The position numbers and the translations under genes are program-made. Under the pieces are notes generated by a model. It saw nothing but the letters and a program-made list of their open reading frames with translations, searched no databases and was not told the DNA's origin. This document shows, one piece after another, positions 36,675 through 45,781 of a stretch of DNA of 64,000 nucleotides; the first letter of the stretch is position 1; the number at the start of each line of letters is the position of its first letter. The stretch comes from a phage. The stretch lies in sequence record PX418922.1; one strand, 5' to 3'.

Positions 36675-37064
36675 ATGCGCAACCTGGTTTCTGTTTCTAA
36701 CGTTGAAAAATTTCAATCTTTACAGGGTATCGTTAACAACGTAGCGCCTTTTTTAGTCAACGGCTTGATTGCAAAGATGAAAAATAAACATCATGCGGCA
36801 TGGTCTGCTTACTGCTTTGATAATGATGAAAAAGCGGCTGAAATGATGTTAAATATGCTGTTAGACAGTGTAGAATCATCTTTACCGGAAAACATCGCAG
36901 AAGAGATCACCTATCGTTATAATATGGCGATCACTTACCAGGAGGTTGCGCAATTTAATATGATGGACGATGACGAACAACAGGATCAGGAAATGTTTTG
37001 GGAGTATGCTGATCGTCAATCGGCTTTTGATGAAAAATTAGCGATGTATTATAACGAATATTAA
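36675..37064 (+). CDS. island small protein (129 aa)
   Basis: Start moved downstream of hairpin. Confidence 0.5.
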   Translation: MRNLVSVSNVEKFQSLQGIVNNVAPFLVNGLIAKMKNKHHAAWSAYCFDNDEKAAEMMLNMLLDSVESSLPENIAEEITYRYNMAITYQEVAQFNMMDDDEQQDQEMFWEYADRQSAFDEKLAMYYNEY

Positions 37065-37080
37065 TACACGGTAAAAGAAA

Positions 37081-37105
37081 GGGGCGCACTAAGCGCCCTT
37101 TTTTG
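37081..37105 (+). terminator. intrinsic terminator
   Basis: GGGCGC-ACTAA-GCGCCC then TTTTTTG. Confidence 0.65.
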
Positions 37106-37448
37106 TATTCTTTTTTCACGATGGAAACAACACGTAAAGAATAGGCGTAAAGGTGGCGTAAAACCATCTAAAACCGACTGTAACCGCTTAAACAAGGTAG
37201 GAATGATTAATCACCTTGCCAGGATGAAAAAGCCGTTATAAAGCTATCTAGAGCGTTTAAAGCACATAGGAAATAATTTGCTTTTTATCTTGCCTTTTAC
37301 CCTGCTTTTGATTATTATTATGGAACGGGCGGCACCTGGAGACAGGGGAAGATAATCACCGGAAGATCCCGCTATATATTGATAGCTAATACCTATTAAA
37401 CAACAAAACATCAAAGGAATAAACTATCAAATCTTTACAATTCTACCT

Positions 37449-37495
37449 ATTGACACCGGATCGCCCTTATACTAAGATGTATCACGTAGGGCAAA
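37449..37495 (+). promoter_or_regulatory. island promoter without clear hairpin (P21)
   Basis: TTGACA-N17-TAAGAT-GTATCAC-GTAGGGC; hairpin degenerate. Confidence 0.45.
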
Positions 37496-37524
37496 TGATT
37501 TTAAACGGTAAACGAGGAATCACC

Positions 37525-37908
37525 ATGAGCAATATCATCAACCTGGCAGCGACTGTAAACGGTAAAGACTTTAACGGCGCTGTAGACCGTGATCCTATGT
37601 GGTACTTGTCAGTGTTTAAAGGCGATCTGGTTGAAGTTAGAACAACCGAAGGGTATAGCGATGATTATAAATGCGAGATTCATTTACATAATTGGTACAC
37701 GGGTAAAACTTATGCGCTGAATCACGCGTTTATCGGAAAAATCGAATATCGTGAGATGATCGACGAAGAAACGGGGCAAGATTTTAGCGAAAACGTTTAT
37801 ATTCGTTCCGAGACATTAGCCGAACGTTTGATCGAGAAAATGAAAGCAAAAAATAAAATTAATTTATCTCATTGGATTGATATAACAAACGATCCAGCTT
37901 ATCAGTAA
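37525..37908 (+). CDS. island small protein (127 aa)
   Basis: Start moved to MSNIINLAAT... Confidence 0.5.
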   Translation: MSNIINLAATVNGKDFNGAVDRDPMWYLSVFKGDLVEVRTTEGYSDDYKCEIHLHNWYTGKTYALNHAFIGKIEYREMIDEETGQDFSENVYIRSETLAERLIEKMKAKNKINLSHWIDITNDPAYQ

Positions 37909-37924
37909 ATAACATTTCATACCA

Positions 37925-37950
37925 GGGCGCACAAAGCGCCCTTTCTTTTT
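37925..37950 (+). terminator. intrinsic terminator closing the island
   Basis: GGGCGC-ACAAA-GCGCCC then TTTCTTTTT. Confidence 0.65.
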
Positions 37951-39529
37951 GCCCGAACAATGTTGATAGATTCCGCCTATGGAAAACCGACACAGAACAA
38001 AACTGAATAAATAGCGGTATCAAGCTAATCAACCATTAAATGAATAACCATACCTCCCAGGGTAACAGGCTGTTAGAGAGCCATTTAAAGCGGTTAAAAT
38101 CGATCAACAACCAACAACAAACCATCAAAAACACCCTTTTACCTCCTTTCTAGTGCAATGATAACCATTATCATCTATCCATGTTTATCTATACAATATA
38201 AGTGCATAATTATAATGTTGATAATAGTTCGCAACAACTAACCAACAAACAACATAAAACAATAAGCAAACTAATCATAATCAAAGGAATAATAGCAAGA
38301 TGATTGATAACAACAAACAATCAAACCATGATGAATACTAAGCAAGATAACGATAACACGACAAAACAACCAACTAACGAACAATAACAAACGAAACCAT
38401 TAAAATAATAACTATTGCCATAATAGTGACTAAATGAAATCATTACAAAACGAATCATTCACAGAGTCATCATTAGCACGCTATGCCGGACACATAGCGA
38501 GCTAATAATAAGCCAACTACACCCCAACAATCATAACCATCGGTGATGGTTATTTCTTGTTACTGCGTAGCTTGCAATAATTGCAAGCGTAATGACGCTT
38601 ACACTTATTGCGCTGGCTTATTATTAGCATTATATGTAATTACCAAGATCATAACATTAGCGCAATAACAATAATCATTGTGGTAATTACGTAAGGAAAC
38701 AATTAGCATGGCAATAATTATGGGGCAATGGGAGGATGATTATCATCATTCCGATACATTGCACACTATGCACATAATAGAATAAAAAGCAATAATTTTG
38801 GGGGCGAAATGTTACCGCCACAGGCGGGAATGTTGAGCACTAAGAAAAGAGATAAACCTTAATCATGGGGGCGTAAATATCCGCAGGATTGCCAACGGCG
38901 ATCCGGTAGGATGTTGAGCATCTTCTCTTAAACGTAAATAAAATCAGAAAATTCTTGATTTATTTTAGTTTTTATGTTAATAAACGTTTAAATAATAATC
39001 ATTCTCATATAAATAATAGTCTGCTTGTCATGAGCGGGATTAGTTGACAATGTTCCGTCATATGATGAAGTTGCCAACCTATTGATAAATAAGTGTTTGT
39101 GTGATTTATAATCAAGTGGCCCACCTTGTCGCTACGTTGGCATAAGCCTTGCATAAGTCATTGAATACGAATGATAATTATTCTCATTCGCATGATATTT
39201 GGGAATTGTCGCTGCGTGGACCTGACGGCCCGAAAATTCGCGTTAAGCACTTCTTACGTATGCGCCATGATTTTTGCCATATGATATTGATTCTATTAGA
39301 TATTCTTGCCATGATTGCCATGAAACAGGGTGTCCCGAAATAATCTTTCCCCGTAGATATTTTGGGTTACTTTTTATACAAGAGTGGGGTGTCAAAAATA
39401 ATCGGTATATATGGGATAATTGATAGGAATCCCCTATGATAATTCGATTGTAATTCCCTGAGATTGATCGTATGATGTTGGTGATTGATGATTGCCATGA
39501 AAGATGGCTAACGATGAGAGGAGATTATC
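37951..39529. other. 1.6-kb non-coding, repeat-rich region with strand-skewed A+C content
   Basis: No ORF of 60 aa or more; CAACAA/ACAAAC low-complexity runs; palindromes; Fur-box-like sites at 38991-39010 and 39169-39189. Confidence 0.5.
38570..38588. repeat. 19-bp palindrome
   Basis: GCTTGCAAT-A-ATTGCAAGC, 9-bp arms. Confidence 0.6.
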
Positions 39530-39904
39530 ATGCAAGAGAGTAAAAATATTCCGTTGAGCAGTGCAGCATTGCTTCGCTTCTATAAAGCATGGATTGCCAA
39601 CTATCCTGCAATGAATCGCACAACGAGTGGCTTATGTGGTTGTCTGGTGGATTATGTAGATGATTTTGTTGGTGAGACAACTAGAGAAGAAGATAGAAGA
39701 TGGCGGGATAGTTTGTTGGACCGTTTGAAATATGAAATGAGGAGACAATTTACATGTGCAGGGCTGGACTATAATCTTCCGTTCAATGCAGATTGCATGG
39801 ATTACCTTTCAGAGTGTATAAACTTGGCGTGTCATACCAACACGTTACGTCTTCAGTGGGTGAAAGACAGAATTGAAGATGCAAATAATGTTTGCATTGA
39901 ATAA
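39530..39904 (+). CDS. hypothetical protein, paralog family A copy 1
   Basis: Shares Y..W......GLC.CL....PF.....WVKD pattern with 44137, 49930, 51236. Confidence 0.5.
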   Translation: MQESKNIPLSSAALLRFYKAWIANYPAMNRTTSGLCGCLVDYVDDFVGETTREEDRRWRDSLLDRLKYEMRRQFTCAGLDYNLPFNADCMDYLSECINLACHTNTLRLQWVKDRIEDANNVCIE

Positions 39905-39963
39905 AAATGTCTGTATAGTGGTTTGCATACCGCGCATAACAGATAGCCAATGAGGAGATTGAA

Positions 39964-40173
39964 ATGTCAAATATGAAAACTGTATCCTTGTATTTAGCTA
40001 ACACTGATCGTGTGCACACCCTTGCTAACGCAAGTCGTGTACTCGTGCAGTTCCGAAACTTTAAGCCGTCCGTTGTGACAGGCAGTGAAACGTGTGTTAT
40101 CGATTTCATTAACGAATACTTCCGAGGGAATCCGGTTGGTCGTTACTTTATTAAGGGTTTGAAGGATGCATAG
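39964..40173 (+). CDS. hypothetical protein (69 aa)
   Basis: ORF track. Confidence 0.45.
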   Translation: MSNMKTVSLYLANTDRVHTLANASRVLVQFRNFKPSVVTGSETCVIDFINEYFRGNPVGRYFIKGLKDA

Positions 40174-40396
40174 TATGAAACGCATGAAAATTCGTATTGA
40201 GAATGATGGTGGTTATAAAGGATTGGCACATGCAAAATTTCCACTTGTGTTGGAAGCTACGGTGGAATACAGTGGGCTTGCTCATGTGCGATTCTCGAAG
40301 ATGATGGAAGTGCAGGAATGGTTTTGGGACGAGATAGATGCACGAGAAGGAGAAGATTATGTTTTCTTTCCTCACGAATATAACATTGTTTATTAA
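40166..40396 (+). CDS. hypothetical protein, paralog family B copy 1
   Basis: Shares W.WF..D.....DYVFF..E.N with 44847. Confidence 0.45.
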   Translation: MHSMKRMKIRIENDGGYKGLAHAKFPLVLEATVEYSGLAHVRFSKMMEVQEWFWDEIDAREGEDYVFFPHEYNIVY

Positions 40397-40399
40397 AGG

Positions 40400-40648
40400 T
40401 TGTGTGCAATGATCACACCACAACAGAATGAAGCAGCAATGGATCTTCTTGATAGTTTGTATTTCGATAATTGGTACTCTGAATGTGAATGGATGAATAT
40501 GCAAACTCTGAAAGAGAAGACAAAAGCGTTGATTACAGTAGATCAATTTCTTGCAGAGACGGAAAGAATGAATTATGATATGGCATCTCGCGCACGACGC
40601 GTTTCCATTTTCAATAAAATGTTAGCATTATGGGGAGGTAGAAAATGA
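40400..40648 (+). CDS. hypothetical protein (82 aa)
   Basis: ORF track. Confidence 0.45.
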   Translation: MCAMITPQQNEAAMDLLDSLYFDNWYSECEWMNMQTLKEKTKALITVDQFLAETERMNYDMASRARRVSIFNKMLALWGGRK

Positions 40649-41106
40649 GACAACCATCTATACTGGAAGCGCATGTGCAATGTGTTGTAGATTATGTCAA
40701 AGAACACTCAAGTTTGTTGAATGTAACCTGTGCAGTGCAAAATGATGTAGGTATTGTCTGTGTGCAACATATCTTATCTGAAACTCGTTATGAAGTATTT
40801 CGTGCCACGTTGTTTGGATGTGATCGAGTGCATGTAAACTTCCTGGACTCCAATTATCGTTATGCTTTAGAAAATATTGATGATTATCTTCCTTGCTCTC
40901 CGACAGGATATGTAATGGTAACAGCAAACGAAGTAACACCGAGCAACAGTGAACAGGAAGCTTTGTTACGGAAGAAAATACGCCAACTGCAAGTGTTGAA
41001 TGAACTGAAAGAAGAGATTGAAAAAGAACTGAAAGAAGATTTTGGTATGCTTCCAAAAGACGCTTTGAAATGGTATGATGAGTTAGGAGGAGAGAACAAT
41101 GTTTAA
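40645..41106 (+). CDS. hypothetical protein (153 aa)
   Basis: ORF track. Confidence 0.5.
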   Translation: MRQPSILEAHVQCVVDYVKEHSSLLNVTCAVQNDVGIVCVQHILSETRYEVFRATLFGCDRVHVNFLDSNYRYALENIDDYLPCSPTGYVMVTANEVTPSNSEQEALLRKKIRQLQVLNELKEEIEKELKEDFGMLPKDALKWYDELGGENNV

Positions 41107-41557
41107 AGAAGGTCATGTCTACCGTTTCCAGGATGAGGATTATATGCGATTATATTCTACCTTTGATAACAGTATTGCTGCTATCATTGGAGAGAATTTT
41201 TTCGAGGTGTTGAGCACTGATGCAAATGGTAATATCTTGTCAATGGTTGTAATAGGTATGAGAGACGGTATTATCACTGCTGGTGATGGGGATCGTTACA
41301 TAATCAATTCTGCTCATATAGATTATTTTGTTGACGGTGGTGTTCGTGGTGGTCGTGGAAAACCCCAAGAAGAACCTGTTGATACAACAAAAGAAGAGTG
41401 GTATGTTGTAATGACTGATGACACCTGTATTTCTGGATTTGAAAGTTATGAAGAAGCTTTGAAAGAAGCAGCAGAGCATAAAATGGCTAATCCTACAGAA
41501 GAGGTTGAAGTTTATAAACGTTTGGTTGTTGCTACCATCGGCGTATCTTTTGTTTAA
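41099..41557 (+). CDS. hypothetical protein (152 aa)
   Basis: ORF track. Confidence 0.5.
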   Translation: MFKEGHVYRFQDEDYMRLYSTFDNSIAAIIGENFFEVLSTDANGNILSMVVIGMRDGIITAGDGDRYIINSAHIDYFVDGGVRGGRGKPQEEPVDTTKEEWYVVMTDDTCISGFESYEEALKEAAEHKMANPTEEVEVYKRLVVATIGVSFV

Positions 41558-41569
41558 AAGGGGAATGTT

Positions 41570-42007
41570 ATGTTTAAAGTTAATGCTGTTTACTGTTTCA
41601 AAAGTAAAGCTGCCTGTGAAGCTTTCTCTATGATCTCTGATGAAAATTTCAAAATGGCAGCTTTGATTGAAGGGTCTTGTTTCCGCGTCGAGGATGTTAG
41701 TGAATCAGGGTCTGTTTGCTCATTGACTTTATTGGACAGCGGGGATATTATTGAAGCTGGACAGTATCCGTTCAGGAGTTGGGAGATATTGTTAGCTCGC
41801 GGAGAGCGTAACTTTTTTATGTGCGTGTCTGCGGGGGAAGTTGTGAAAGAAACTAAGGATGTTTCTGTTTACAATTCTGAATTTATAAGTTATAGTGAGT
41901 ATCAACATCTGGAAGGCATTGTTGGTCACTTGTTATCTCTGATTGACATTGAATGTGACCTGCCTGAATCATTGAAAGAAGAGTTGAAAGCATTAGATCT
42001 GCTGTAA
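41570..42007 (+). CDS. hypothetical protein (145 aa)
   Basis: ORF track. Confidence 0.5.
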   Translation: MFKVNAVYCFKSKAACEAFSMISDENFKMAALIEGSCFRVEDVSESGSVCSLTLLDSGDIIEAGQYPFRSWEILLARGERNFFMCVSAGEVVKETKDVSVYNSEFISYSEYQHLEGIVGHLLSLIDIECDLPESLKEELKALDLL

Positions 42008-42110
42008 TGTTTCGCACAACGGAGACTAAGCATGTCGATTGTTTACCTGGCTGTTTGGTTCCGCTGTGATTTGTTTGTCCTGTCGGGGCATTTTTAGGAG
42101 TCTGGAAGTA

Positions 42111-43091
42111 ATGGCTAAAACTAAAAGTTGGGAAGAACATTTAAAAGATTGTTTAGAGGTTGTAAAACCAGGTGTTAAGATACTAGGATGGTCAGGAGAA
42201 TGGAAAGGAGCACATACCCGTTTGCGGTGCGTGTGTTCTGTTCACGGGGAATGGACTTCCACCACAATACATAAGTTTAAAATGGGGAGAAGTTGTCCAG
42301 GTTGTAGGACAGATGCTTCAGCCCATGCTAGACACAACGGAGATAAGTTTTGGTTGGATTTGTTGTATAATTTTTGTCAAGAACGAGATTTCTTTTTTGA
42401 AGTGCCTCAACCTCCTATCTACGGTAGGTCTGAAATCAAGATCTGCTGCCCGAAACACGGTACATTTAGAAGTACACTAAGTAATATACAAAAACAAAGA
42501 TCATGTCCCATGTGTAAAGTAGATGCAGCCAGAGAGAATAATCTTTTACCTGACCAATATCACGTGGAGAAGTACATGGCGACAGGTTCTTTTCCACAGG
42601 GCAGTTTATTTCGTAGAATAGGTAAAACAAGAAGTTCGAAAGGTTCAGCACAAACATGGGAGTGCTACTGTCCCACATGCAATGAAACACATCTTGCACG
42701 TGATAGCAATCTGGCTCAAGGTAAGCGACCATGTTCTTGTTCAGGGAATAATCAGAAGCAAGCGTACATTAATGTGGTATTTGACAACAACACTCCTATA
42801 GCTTTAAAGTTTGGAATAGCAAGAAACAGTGCACAAAGATTAGCCGCACAAAATAAAAAGAATTTTTTGAAGATGGATTGCTTGGCGGTATATTCTTTCA
42901 GAACAGTCAGAGAATGTAAAGCTGCGGAACGCGCTTGTAAGAGGATGCTGGTCTGTAGTACAGTAGGTAAGAAAGAAATGGTTGACGGGTATACTGAAAC
43001 AACATATATTTCTAATTACGATACAATTGTGGATATCTATAAGAAGTTTGGAGGTGTGAAGTTGCAAATGATAAAGAAGAGTACCGAGTGA
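42111..43091 (+). CDS. zinc-ribbon repeat protein with C-terminal GIY-YIG / T5orf172-like domain, copy 2
   Basis: Start moved to MAKTKSWEEH after GGAG; paralog of 25423; C-terminal YINVVF...KFGIA...R. Confidence 0.45.
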   Translation: MAKTKSWEEHLKDCLEVVKPGVKILGWSGEWKGAHTRLRCVCSVHGEWTSTTIHKFKMGRSCPGCRTDASAHARHNGDKFWLDLLYNFCQERDFFFEVPQPPIYGRSEIKICCPKHGTFRSTLSNIQKQRSCPMCKVDAARENNLLPDQYHVEKYMATGSFPQGSLFRRIGKTRSSKGSAQTWECYCPTCNETHLARDSNLAQGKRPCSCSGNNQKQAYINVVFDNNTPIALKFGIARNSAQRLAAQNKKNFLKMDCLAVYSFRTVRECKAAERACKRMLVCSTVGKKEMVDGYTETTYISNYDTIVDIYKKFGGVKLQMIKKSTE

Positions 43092-43188
43092 GGCGTACAC
43101 ATATCTATTAAATTTGGATTGTTTATAAAGAAATGGATCTAAACGGAGCATATGAGTGGATCACTATTGATTGGTCGGAGGTGAAATA

Positions 43189-43398
43189 ATGGTTACTATC
43201 ACGTTGACAGTTACACAAGAGCAAGCAGAAGAATTACGTGATGCACTGGCATATATGGGACGCGCTTATTATATGCCTCACAAATCTCAAGATGTTTTTG
43301 CTACAGCCGTTGAGAAAGCTTTAAACAAATACCGAGAAACTCATGCCGTTCCTAAAGTATCAGCAGAAGAGTTTGGCACTTGGCACGAAGTTCACTGA
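43189..43398 (+). CDS. hypothetical protein
   Basis: Start moved to ATG after GGAGGTG. Confidence 0.45.
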   Translation: MVTITLTVTQEQAEELRDALAYMGRAYYMPHKSQDVFATAVEKALNKYRETHAVPKVSAEEFGTWHEVH

Positions 43399-43408
43399 GG
43401 AGGTTTCG

Positions 43409-43663
43409 ATGAAAGGTAACAAGATGAAAGTTAATCAAGTGCCGAGCGCATACACTTTGTGGCTTGCGCGAGCGTTACACCAGACGATCAAAGACCCTAA
43501 GAAGCCAATGAAGAGTGGGAAGAAGTTTATGTCTAAGGGCAAAACAACCTTTGGCTTCACTCGTATGTCTGTTAAGATGAAAAGGCTGGGGGGTACAAGC
43601 CAAACTACGCTCGTTACCCTTCTGAATACAACTGGTTTGATTAAAGAGGAGAACAAAACATGA
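43409..43663 (+). CDS. basic hypothetical protein
   Basis: Start moved to ATG after GAGGAGG. Confidence 0.45.
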   Translation: MKGNKMKVNQVPSAYTLWLARALHQTIKDPKKPMKSGKKFMSKGKTTFGFTRMSVKMKRLGGTSQTTLVTLLNTTGLIKEENKT

Positions 43664-43944
43664 AAACATCTATTCGCGTAAAACATGATCCAAACAGCAG
43701 TTACCCATATGTGTATGTTGAACGTCATGAAGGGGACTATTACACCATAAAACGTAAAGTCCCAACTGATACAGGGTTTAACTTTGATGTTATTGCACTG
43801 GATGATCAAGGTGTTGATAATCTGGTAAATGCATTACTCGCATTGAAGGAAGTACGACATGAAAATCAGACTAAAGGTAAAGTGGCTTTCGATTCTTGTG
43901 ATCGTTTAGCCGAAGAGATTGCCGAATGGCGTGATACTCACTAA
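43660..43944 (+). CDS. hypothetical protein (94 aa)
   Basis: ORF track. Confidence 0.5.
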   Translation: MKTSIRVKHDPNSSYPYVYVERHEGDYYTIKRKVPTDTGFNFDVIALDDQGVDNLVNALLALKEVRHENQTKGKVAFDSCDRLAEEIAEWRDTH

Positions 43945-43959
43945 AACAGGAGAAAGATT

Positions 43960-44136
43960 ATGGCTACTTTTCAACAACTGAAAGATGTTTCACGTTTAGT
44001 AAGAAAAATCCGAGAAGCAGACGCTGCTGTGCGGAATGCATTAACGCCAGCAGAGCGTGAAGATCTTGAAGAGGAGGTGAAAACAGCCGAGAATGCTTTT
44101 GCTGCGTATCTTTCAACACTGTATACAGGAGGTTAA
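43960..44136 (+). CDS. small hypothetical protein (58 aa)
   Basis: Read manually; AGGAGAAAG upstream; fills the gap before 44137. Confidence 0.4.
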   Translation: MATFQQLKDVSRLVRKIREADAAVRNALTPAEREDLEEEVKTAENAFAAYLSTLYTGG

Positions 44137-44451
44137 ATGTCAGAAGAACTTAAAGAATTTTATCAAGCATATCATAACTGGCTGTTAGCTGGTGCTCCAG
44201 ATAATAATCCTTTCTGGCATGATAAAGGATTATGTAGTTGCCTCTACCTTTGGACTGGAGGTTATGATGATCTAAATTATGAAATGCAAATGCAATTCCG
44301 TGAGGCAGGATTGTCTGAAGAATACCCGTTTGATGACGGAGACTGGTTTAAATATGATTTTGCACAAAGAAACGGGCTATTGCATTTGAATGCTGCCCGT
44401 ATAAAATGGGTAAAAGACCATGCTACACAGGAGGATGTGCAATGCCAATAG
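44137..44451 (+). CDS. hypothetical protein, paralog family A copy 2
   Basis: Family A pattern. Confidence 0.5.
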   Translation: MSEELKEFYQAYHNWLLAGAPDNNPFWHDKGLCSCLYLWTGGYDDLNYEMQMQFREAGLSEEYPFDDGDWFKYDFAQRNGLLHLNAARIKWVKDHATQEDVQCQ

Positions 44452-44642
44452 TGTTTAGTTTCTTAGTAATTGTTATGGTTGTTCTTTTCGCGGCATGGCT
44501 TTGGGATTTTGACCCAGGAGCAGCGCAGCAAAGAGCTACAGACTGGAAAGAACAATGTATTGTGCTCAAACATGAACGAAATGCGGAGAAATTTCTTGAC
44601 CTAGAGTGTGATCGCCTTGTAAGATACAAGCAAGATAAATAA
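44442..44642 (+). CDS. small membrane-anchored protein
   Basis: Start moved to MPIVFSFLVIVMVVLFAAWLW after GGAGG. Confidence 0.45.
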   Translation: MPIVFSFLVIVMVVLFAAWLWDFDPGAAQQRATDWKEQCIVLKHERNAEKFLDLECDRLVRYKQDK

Positions 44643-44656
44643 CCTTGAGGTGCAAA

Positions 44657-44845
44657 ATGGTAATTGAGATTAAACTTGAATATGCTGGGGCTGTTGCTCT
44701 GATCGCACAAATGCTTGGAGCAAAGATTGAAGAAGTGTATATCAATGCCTGGAGCGTAGAGATTGATGTTCCTATGGACAACATTGCTAATCGCTTGCTG
44801 GTGGCAGAGTGTGAACGCACCAACATAATCTACAAAGGAGCATAA
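44657..44845 (+). CDS. hypothetical protein
   Basis: Start moved to ATG after GAGGTG. Confidence 0.45.
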   Translation: MVIEIKLEYAGAVALIAQMLGAKIEEVYINAWSVEIDVPMDNIANRLLVAECERTNIIYKGA

Positions 44846-44846
44846 T

Positions 44847-45068
44847 ATGAAAATTAGAGTTTGTGATGTATTGGGTTATGTTGGTTTTGAGAATGTTCAG
44901 ATTCCTTTTGTTGTTGAAGCACATCTTGTTAGCGACGATATGACAACATTCTTTGTTACGATAGAAGAAATGTCCAAAGTTGAGGGATGGGAGTGGTTTG
45001 AAGAAGATGTTTGGGAAGGTTGTGATTACGTATTTTTCTCTGACGAAGTGAATGTTCTTGCGGAGTAG
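44847..45068 (+). CDS. hypothetical protein, paralog family B copy 2
   Basis: Family B pattern. Confidence 0.45.
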   Translation: MKIRVCDVLGYVGFENVQIPFVVEAHLVSDDMTTFFVTIEEMSKVEGWEWFEEDVWEGCDYVFFSDEVNVLAE

Positions 45069-45070
45069 GT

Positions 45071-45277
45071 ATGTCTTGTTTTACAAAAGCAGTGTCCATA
45101 TGTAAGAAACAGTATGAAAGTGATTACGGAATATTTAATATTCCAGCAGATCATACAAAGTATTGTTCATGTGGTGGCAGAATGAAGAAAACAGTGATTT
45201 ATGCGGATAGTGGAGACGAACTTGTTCCGGTTATGGTTTGCAAAGCTTGTCATTCTGTTAAAACATTAAAAGCGTAA
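45071..45277 (+). CDS. small zinc-ribbon protein
   Basis: CSCGG ... CKACH cysteine pairs. Confidence 0.45.
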   Translation: MSCFTKAVSICKKQYESDYGIFNIPADHTKYCSCGGRMKKTVIYADSGDELVPVMVCKACHSVKTLKA

Positions 45278-45372
45278 GGAGTCGGGACACCCGACGATTG
45301 GAGCTAAAAATTTTGCGTACAACCCTTTCCGCCCAACAGGGGCGCGTCGGGTAAATAAAGAGGAGAGTTTAT

Positions 45373-45771
45373 ATGAAAAAGATCATCGTAGGTTTATTGT
45401 TACTCATTGCATCACTCGGAACAGCAAATGCGTCTCAAGTTTATGAGTGTGTGTCAGATGTGGTTGTTAAAAATCTGAAAGGTGAAGTGATTTCTGGTCC
45501 TAAGAAAATGGCTTCTGTTGTCATTAATAAAGATAACTCCTTTATCCTTAAAAATTCAGGTGGTGCTTTGATGAGTGGCATTCTGCAATACACAGGAGAA
45601 AAAAGTAAAGATGGTAGTGCTATGTATGGTTCACAACAGTTTATTGGCACTACTGAAGTTGTGATGATGCGCACAGAGTATCGAGACACTTTAGCTTGGT
45701 TTGCATTTCTAAAAAATGATAAAACAATAACAAATGTTCTTACTCTAGAAGCCGATTGTACGCAACGATAA
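45373..45771 (+). CDS. secreted hypothetical protein
   Basis: Signal peptide MKKIIVGLLLLIASLGTANA. Confidence 0.5.
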   Translation: MKKIIVGLLLLIASLGTANASQVYECVSDVVVKNLKGEVISGPKKMASVVINKDNSFILKNSGGALMSGILQYTGEKSKDGSAMYGSQQFIGTTEVVMMRTEYRDTLAWFAFLKNDKTITNVLTLEADCTQR

Positions 45772-45781
45772 GGGGGTATTT

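Noticed and set aside
39082-39189. Confident promoter calls in the right-hand Fur-box-like region
   Set aside because: Candidate -35/-10 pairs there (TTGATA...TATAAT with 19-bp spacer; TTGCAT...GATAAT) have non-optimal spacing or hexamers, so only the palindromic boxes are reported.
27500-39530. tRNA genes in the non-coding stretches (27500-28700, 37100-37450, 37950-39530)
   Set aside because: No cloverleaf-compatible sequence with a T-arm GTTCRANYC motif or acceptor-stem pairing was seen by eye; a tRNA-scanning program should confirm.
42039-42110. N-terminal 24-codon extension of the second zinc-ribbon protein
   Set aside because: The extension is hydrophobic junk without an RBS, whereas the internal ATG at 42111 follows GGAG and aligns with the paralog N-terminus MAAPKSWEQ / MAKTKSWEE.
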